The notes under the pieces are model-generated. The model was given only the letters and a program-made list of their open reading frames with translations, was not told the DNA's origin and did no database searches. The position numbers were made by a program, and so were the translations under genes. Shown one piece after another: positions 51,201 to 60,200 of a stretch of 64,000 nucleotides of DNA. This DNA is from Callorhinchus milii (taxonomy: Eukaryota): the NCBI RefSeq assembly GCF_018977255.1, contig NW_024704743.1:18354001-18418000 (forward strand). Reading direction: 5' to 3'. Every line of letters starts with the position of its first letter. Within the stretch, counting starts at the first letter, position 1.

Positions 51201-54200
51201 ATTATACAGTCAATTCACTTTACAGTATATTCTGTGAAGTGCTTTGAGACGTCTCAAAGACATGATAAGGCACCATATCAAATGCAATTATTATTATAGT
51301 TGAGATCCTGCGTATTTATTTTACAGTATTGGTGAAAAGTTAAGTTACTTAGAGCAAGGAATGTCAGTGCTGGAGAATAGAACATTTTTCCAGTGTCCAG
51401 CATCAAGTATTCCCAAGTCAATTTGGGATTGATCTTGTGATAAAACTACGTGGCTGTATCTTCTTCAAAGAGTTCAGCTGCATCATTGCGAAAGGGCAAC
51501 AAGAGGTGATGAAATTTTGATGTACCCAATTTGCACTATTTCCTGAGGATTGGTAATTACTGATTGTTTGCCATATTAGTGCGCTTACCACAAAGATCCT
51601 GCCATTAGTGTGCTCAAGTAATATAATAAATAATAACCCTTGCATTTGATATAGCGCTTTTCACTTCTTCGAGACGTCTCAAAGCGCTTCACAGAATATA
51701 CTGTAAAATGAATTGACTGTATATTTTGTGGGCGAAACGCAGCAGCCAATCGCACACAGCAGTGTCTCACAAACAGTCGTGGATTGAAGCGACCAACTTA
51801 TTATCTTTCTTTTCTTGAGGGATTATTATTAGGCATGTGGAGTAAGGAAAGTTGCCCATCGTTTCGCCCCGCCAGGAATCGAACCCAGGTCTCTCGAACT
51901 CCACACGTGAAGCAAAAGCAAATAATTGTTCTGTCCACAGCGAGTAAATGATCCAGTTACAGGTTGATGTAAATGGCATAAATGGCGTAAATGCAACAGT
52001 GGAACTGTGGTGTACACGTGCAGTCAGTGCATTTCCGGCTTCCTGCACTGATTGGCTACCTTTCTGCGCATAGTACACCAACGCAGTGTGTAGCAAGTGA
52101 CATCAGGAGTAACTTGCTAACCAGAAACGAGACCAGAAACTATTTATTTTTCCGCACCATGTAATAATGCAAGGTCTGAATTTATGGACTCAAATCACTG
52201 CATTATAATAGAGTCGGCCTGCATGGCTTTGCATGCAGTTGTGAGTTTTAGTGAAACTTAATATCTTCTGGGGCTTTGGTACAAGAAATCAGTGAAGCCT
52301 TTGATAGTTTCCAATTCTAAATCTGGGTTTGGACAATTTTCTTTTTTGCTTTCCAATTCTGTAAGTTGTTCCATCTGTAAACTGATCATTTATAGCTTGT
52401 TTTTTCTCCATATTCATTGCATAAAAAGTAACATGATCTCAACTGAGTGTTGGTTCCCATCCAGAATTCCCATCCAGAATACAGCAAAACTAATAATAAT
52501 AATCCTTGCATTTGGTATAGTGCTTTTCATGTCTTCCAGACGTCTCAAAGCGCTTCATAGAATATACTGTAAAGTGAATTGACTATATATTTGTGAATTG
52601 AATAAGTGAATTGACGGTATAAACTCTCAAAGTATCAATAATAATAATCCTTGTATTTAATATAGCGCCTTATCATGTCTTCGAAACGTCTCCAAGGTCT
52701 TCACAGGGCAAACTGTAAAGTGAATTGATTGCATATTTTGTGGGTGAAATATGCTGTATATTTTACAATCCAGTAATACTGGACTATAAGATAATCCAAC
52801 AGTTTTAACCTCAACATAATCAGTAAAGTCAGGCCCTTCCACAAGAGTTGGGGTTATTCTCCACGGGGTAGGAAGTAAATCATAGACAGTAGGTGAAAAT
52901 ATTCTTGTGGGGGATGGGGGGGTGGGGTGAGTAGAACTCACATGCTCTTTTAGACAGGTGAGCTTGACTGGTCTGTCTTAACTTGCCAGTCGACTTGACT
53001 GGCAGGTCCATTGGCTAATCAGAAGTGAAGTGAAGATGCCCCAATGCGCAGGCCATCATATTAGAATGGGACTCCCGGGCACTGCCAAAGAACTGGGAGA
53101 GGGGCAAGATGCAAGGATGTGATTATTACTACAATACCATAGGACAGTTTTTTCCCAGGTTGTCTTTTTCAAATCCCTTTGTGCCCTGGCGCCTCCCTAC
53201 CTCTCCATCCTGCTTATTCCCCAACCTACTACCCGCTGCCACTGCTCGACTGGCTCCAGCCTCCTGCATGTCCCTTGTGCCCTCTGTTCCACCATCGATG
53301 GTCGCGCTTTCAGCCACTATGCCTCGAAACTCTGGAATACTCTTCCTCTATCCCTCCACCTGCCCCTCCCCCCAGCTCAGTGTCATGCTCCGCTACTGTC
53401 AGGTGCTCTGGGACGCTATCCTGCATGAGAGGCACTATATAAATGCAAATGATTGTTGTTGTTTTCCAGCACATATCATTGAACTATCTGTGAGACACCT
53501 GTCCTGGTTGTATTCAGCATCATGATGTTATGGCACTGAATGGATTGGCAAGTTTATTCCTAAGAGGTTTTAAACTGAGGTACTCTTATCTTTCTCACAA
53601 CCTTGTTATTTCGAAAAGATACAGGTTGTGTCCATAAAAATATTTTTCTACATTATCCAAATGACCTGTTGCAATATTTTCCATTAAGAACTTGTTTAGA
53701 TGGACCTCCGTTCCTCTGGGTTTTCATATTCGGACTTTATTATGGTCAGAGCTGCCAAGAGGTATCTGCAAACCCTCAGTACGCCATCCAGACCTCTGCT
53801 TCTGCAGTGCAGTGGCAAAGAAAACATCACTACTTTGGGGAACAGATTCTTCTCCACATTGAAAGTTCCCCTTCCCCTCCCAGCCCCCACCACGAATCCC
53901 CCCCCCACCACCCCCCTTCACCTCTTATGTCCAATTTCCACCTCAGTAACTAACTGGAAAACTTCTGCTGATCTCATGCCCAAGATAAGTCGATATGATT
54001 CTAGCATTTTGACAGCAGTTTGGATACCATGTTAATGGAGAGCTTGCAGCTCTAAGATGGCAAATTGTAGTTTTTCTGTCTGTCGTGCATTTTGTGAACA
54101 GGTCAACACATATCACACACAATGCTGAATTGAACATAACCAGTTAACACAATCAAAATTGAATTAAGTGGAAATATTATGAATACCCAGCACATCTATG

Positions 54201-57200
54201 GAATAATATACAATAGTTCCAGACCCTGTAATAACGTACAGAGTGGGTCCATTTATAGCAAGGTCACATTACTGCAAGTTTCACATAATTCATACTTTGC
54301 ATAAGTCATATTAAATGTATGGTCCCAACTGATATGACTTATGTGAGGTTTACTGTATACACTTCAGCCTGAGCCCTCAAAATGAAACCTATAGAATCAG
54401 GAGAACTAACAGAGGTCTGAAATCATTTATTCAAATCTTTGAGTAACAAAAAAAATGACTTTCTATTGCTCAAATACATGTTTGTAAAACATTTTAGGAA
54501 TAAGCTTCCTGAATTTTGTTTAGAAACCTTGGTACTGGACAACATCTACTGGTTACTGGATATTGGCCTATTCACTCGTTTGTTGCTCAATTGTATTGGC
54601 CTGTCTGACAGATCAGTGAAAGAAATGACTTCCAAATACAAAATAATAATAATAAATAATAATCCTTGCATTTGATATAGCGCAAGGATTATTATATTAT
54701 TTATTATTATGATTCAGAAACTGTATAAGAAAAGTTCTGCAATTCCCCATATTCCTCCACTTATATGTTACACTAATTTAGAAGACAAATTTATAATTAA
54801 AGCATATGTTGCAGATGTTCCTGCAGAAGATAGAAAACACATGGAGGTTTTTAAAAAAAAATACAAAGTTCATAGAGAACCTAAAGAACAAATTAAACTT
54901 GTGAGGGCTAAAAGAGAGCGTTTTTTGTTTTAACCACAGAGAAGAGATTTTTTTTGAACACACATAGGAAGGGATCTTTGTTCGAGCTTTGGGCGGAAAG
55001 ATGTTGACAACATTCTCACGCATTTCATGCTGAACTATGTAGCCTACCAGGAAGCTCGCAGGGAGTCAGTTGGTCATTTGATCAATTACCAAGTTAATCA
55101 GTAATTGATCGATATGATTAGTATTATAAAATTTGCCAGACCTTATATTTTGCTGTACAAAAGTAGTAGTAGCACCAGCACGGAGAAGAGATGGACAGCA
55201 TTTTCAGTAACTGAAACACTCCTCAAACACAGCACTTGCAGCATTGTTTCCTTGCAACAATATGTGATGCGCACTTGAAAGGGACCATCTGACTTTTGCA
55301 GAAGCAACTTGACCTAAAGAAAATGAAATGAGTATCCCTTCAAAGGTTTTAATGTTCTAACCTTTGCACATTAGTATCTCAAAAGCACCAATACCATCTC
55401 ATATTTAACTGCAGAACTCATCAGTGTTAAAACTCAGGCTGCAAACTTATACTTCAACGGACGTGGGCCATGGAATTGGTTTGTTTGCCAAGTTTAAACA
55501 GGGTTCTTATTAATACTAAATCAACCTAACACTCCGAAATGAGGTAAGCAGAATAAGTCCCTCATGGAGAGAATGTGCATTCCATTCCAATATTCAAGTG
55601 TTTCCATGTGTAGGTGGGTGCATGGAACTATTGATTTGGTTTGGATACTCTTAAGCATGGTGATGGATTTCCCCATGTGTCACACACCTGACTGATCAAA
55701 AAAATATAGGTCAATAGTTTTCTATCAAGTAATGTTTGGAAGTTGGTTGCACAGTGGAGCTGAACGAGGATGGAGGAAGCGCTTCAAGATGCCATCTGCC
55801 ATGAAGGGTGCTATATGAATGCAAGTTCTGGTTGTTCAAGAGCCTGATGGGGTCTGAGAAGTCACCAGAACTATCATGTACAGCAGATTCCCTGAAGAAA
55901 TGTTCAGTTGGAGGATGATCCATTACCACTCAGCAGGTTTCCACTTGGCACATTTTAGACACCATTTCCCAATAATGTAGCAAGCATCCAAGACCTACAT
56001 TGGTCGGCTGTTTTGCACTGAAATCAAGCCATTTCGTCTAGGATTGGAATATCAGTAAATATCACACCGATTAATTGTTAATTAGAAGCACTTAAATCCC
56101 TTCCCCATTACCAACAACAGGAGTTCAAGCAAACATACACTTTAACGTAAGAAAATTGTGTTTACCAAAATGAGATAATGAGAATGTATAATAAAGCCCC
56201 TCGCTCTGGCCAGTGATATAAATTTAAATTAAACAAGCAGCAACAACAACAAATTACATTTGTATAGCGCCTTTCACGTCAGGAGGATGTTCCAAAGCAC
56301 TGGACAGTCAAGTATCCAGACCTGAGCTGGTGTTTGGGATCAGGAGGGGTGGAGGGTGGGAATGCGAGCAAGCACTATACACTTTTTTTTNAAAAAGTAC
56401 TAAAATAAGAAAAATATGTTTGTAACTTACTTCAATTGTCTTGGGATAGAGATGTGTGCTAGGGAAATTGTGCTTGTAAACTTCATTAGCAACAGTATTG
56501 ATGTCAATCGCAGCAATGACTTCTGCAGGAATGCAACTTTCTGCAACAGAGAAAAAAATATGCATTGCAGCAATTTTATCTGATGTCACTCCATTGCAGA
56601 GCTCCATTGCATTGTTTGAGGTGCCATCCATTGGATTAGACTTCAAGTCGAGGTTCTGTCTGCCTGTTCAGATGAACGTTAAAGATTCCACAATACTATT
56701 TGTAAAGAAAGAGACTTTTCCTGGCCAACAATCCCCCAGTTAAAATTACTCGTTCATTTCATGTCTGCTGCTTTTGCCTGCAACAATTATTATAATAATT
56801 GTGGCGTTCAATAATATTTGTCAAGGGATACTGCGATGTCTTAGTTTACTATTTATGAAAATACTGGTTAAACTTGTGCATAACATGTTTTAATGCAGGT
56901 AAATGGAGAGAATTACCCTTAGCTTATCTAATTACAATACAAACTTACATTTATACAGTGCCTTTCGTGTCGGGAGGACGTCCCAAGGCCCCTAACTTTC
57001 CTGGCTTAGCACCCTGGCTGGGGCTGGGAGCGAAGGGGGTGGGGAGGGGAAAGATAACCCAAGGCATGGTCGAAGAGGTAGATCTTGAGACAGACCTTGA
57101 AAAACGTGAGGGATCTAGTCAGAGAGACTCTGGGACGGAGTTCCAGAAAGTGAGTAAAAGCCCGACCGTAAATGTTAGGGCATGGTACGTAAAGCAGGCC

Positions 57201-60200
57201 GGTGCCCCCTTGAGAGAAGGGAGTGGCCAGATCGGTACAGTTTGAGGAGGTTGTAAAGGTAGGTTGGAGCAAAACCTTGGAGAATTTAAAGGTCACTAAC
57301 CAATGAAAAGGACTGAGTAAAATAATAAAAGGCCTTGCATTTGATATCATGATTTCGAGACGTCTCAAAGTGCTTCACAGAATATACTGTAAAGTGAATT
57401 GACTGTTTATTTTGTGGACAAAACGTGGCAGCCAATTGCACACAGCGGTGTCCCACAAACAGTCATGGATTGAGTGACCAATTTATTTATTTATTTATTT
57501 GTGGAGGGATTATTACCCCCAGAAAAGCGATCCGCCAATCGACTAACAACCTTCTTACTGATAGGTAAACAGAGTTGTGTGGAGTAAGGAAACTTGTCCA
57601 ACGTTTGCCTTACCTGGAATACCATGCATAGAACTTCTGTACATCTTGTATATAAAATATTTTACATAAAGTCAAAAAGTTCCATGTTATTTATTAATAA
57701 TAATTGTTACATAGCACCTTTCACATCAGGAGAATGTCCCAAAGTGCTTCACAGGATACACTGTAAAGTGTAGTGACTGTGTGCTTTGTGGTGGAACCTG
57801 GAAGTTAGGTTGCGCACAGCAATGTTCCACAAATAGCCATGAAGTGAATGACCCATTTTATTGGGGGATTGTTGGCCAGAACAACAGGAGAAACTGCTTT
57901 CTCTTTTACAGCAGTGTATGAGATCTTAAACGTCCACTTGAAAAAGCAGACAGGCGCTTGGCTTAACTTCTCATCCGATGAACGTATTTTAGAAGACATA
58001 TTTCACATGATTACAAGTGGCAAGCAGGTTACAAAGTGATAAAATGTTCTCGTCTCAAAAAAGCAGAACCGTCAGGCCCACAAAGATTAACATCAAATTC
58101 TTATCCAACTGTTTTGGCAATTTCACAAAGAATATAAGAGCCATAAAAGCTGGAAGCTCCAATGCCACCAAACCCATGAGAATCTAGTTTCACATATTCA
58201 ATGCACAGCAGGAAATATCTGTGGTTTAAGGAAGTGGGTATGATTCACTGCTTAAAACTTTCAGCCTTAAACTCCTACAGATTTCACAGTATTACTCATG
58301 TTCAGCTGAATAGAAAAAAAAACAATGTTTGATCCAGATCTGTTCATCATTAATATAAACGGACATAAAAGAGGTTTGATTCAGTCAAAACAACAACAAC
58401 TTCCATTTATAGAGTGCCCTCCACGCGGGTAGCATCCCGGAGCACTTACATACAAAAATGTATGTATGGTGGTAAAGTATACACAGAATTTACATTTGAA
58501 TATAGCTTTCTGTTAACTTGTGGGACATTTCTGTGGGCAAATTGGCTGCTGGTATGCCTACAATATGTCCTCTCCCTTGAAAGGTGTTTTATCGAATGCA
58601 AGGATAATTATTATTTTATTATAGGACCTGATTGGCAGCTTTATCAGCAATCAACTAGTAATTCTTATTTATGTTATTAGCAATTGCCAATTTCCATGGC
58701 AACTCAAAAAGGTTACTAAATGTGTTTTACTCAACAATCATAAAGCTTGGCACGAATGTAAATTGGATGGGAGAAACTCTTCAATTAAGTATATGTCAAA
58801 GGGTAATGGCATATGGAAGTCATATTTGTAATACCACAGAGTAATAATGGCCTGAAGAGATCACAAGAACTCCACAAGAGTCATTACAAAAACGACATCA
58901 CAAGTGGTATTTTCCAAGTACCAATTTTCCCCAAGTCACACGATTGCAATTAAGTTTTGTTTATATTTATACATTTCACCAACGGATGGTTGGAGACAAA
59001 TGAATGTTCCGTTTGCTGCGTTATTGAGGTACAACAAACAATCAATCAGATATTAAGTCTGATTGATGAGATCATGACTCGGTCTATTTTTGGGGTGTAG
59101 ACCGAGTCATGATCTCATCAATAAGAATTACTATCTGATTGATTATTCTTGTACCTCAATAACGCAGCAAATGGAACATTCTATGTCCAATGCATGATTC
59201 TATATATATTTCAAAATATAGTGTAGGATACAGTATAAGTGCTAATTTTGCAGTAATGGGGGGGCTCTGCACTACAATTATGAAGGTCTTCACCTTCAAG
59301 TTAACTTAACCCTTAATGTCAGTCTAGCTCAATTGAAAAGATCTTCAATTGCCTCTGAAAACACAACCTCCGAGTCAGAAGGTTGTGGGTTCAATCCCTG
59401 CATTGGGACTCGAACTCACGTAGTCCAAGCTGACACTCCAATGCAGTGCTAGGTGTATTGCATTGTCAGAGGTGCCGTCCTTCGGAAGAGTTGTTAAACC
59501 AAGATTTTGTCTGCATGTTTAGGTGAACGTTAAAGATCCCATGGCACTATTCAAAAAGAGAAGGGAGTTTCTCCCGATGTCCTGGCCAACAACCCCCCCA
59601 AATAAAATTGGTCATTCACTTCATGACTATTAGTGGGACATTGTTGTGTGTAATTGGGCTGCTGCATTCACCTACAAATACACTCGCTCCATTGCACAAC
59701 ATATCCTGTGAAGCGCTTTGAGATGTCTTCCCAATGTAAAAAGGCGCTTTATCAAATGCAACGATTATTATTATTAACAAGATGACTGCTCAGATTCTAT
59801 AAAAACTTGCATTTATATCACACTTTTCTTGGAAGATGACTGTCTCAAAGCATTTCACAACAATGGTAGGAATCCCTGATGAGGGAAGAAAGGTGAGGGA
59901 GTTTGAGGGGTTCACCAAAGGCAAGATCAAAGCAATATAATTTGAAGGTAGCATTGATAGTAGGATGCAGCGAGGAAGAAACAGAAGACAGCCATTGGAA
60001 TGATGATGGGTACAGACAGAATAGAGCTGGAGGAAATAAATTGCAGAGTGGGCAAGATCTTGAAGGGATTTCTTGATCTTAATGTCGATCTGCTGCAGTA
60101 CTTGGTACCAGCAGAGCCTTGTGAGGATGGAGGTAAAAATGTGAATAGCCAGGACAGGATCCGAGACAAGTAATTTTGAGATTATAAATAATAATCCTTA

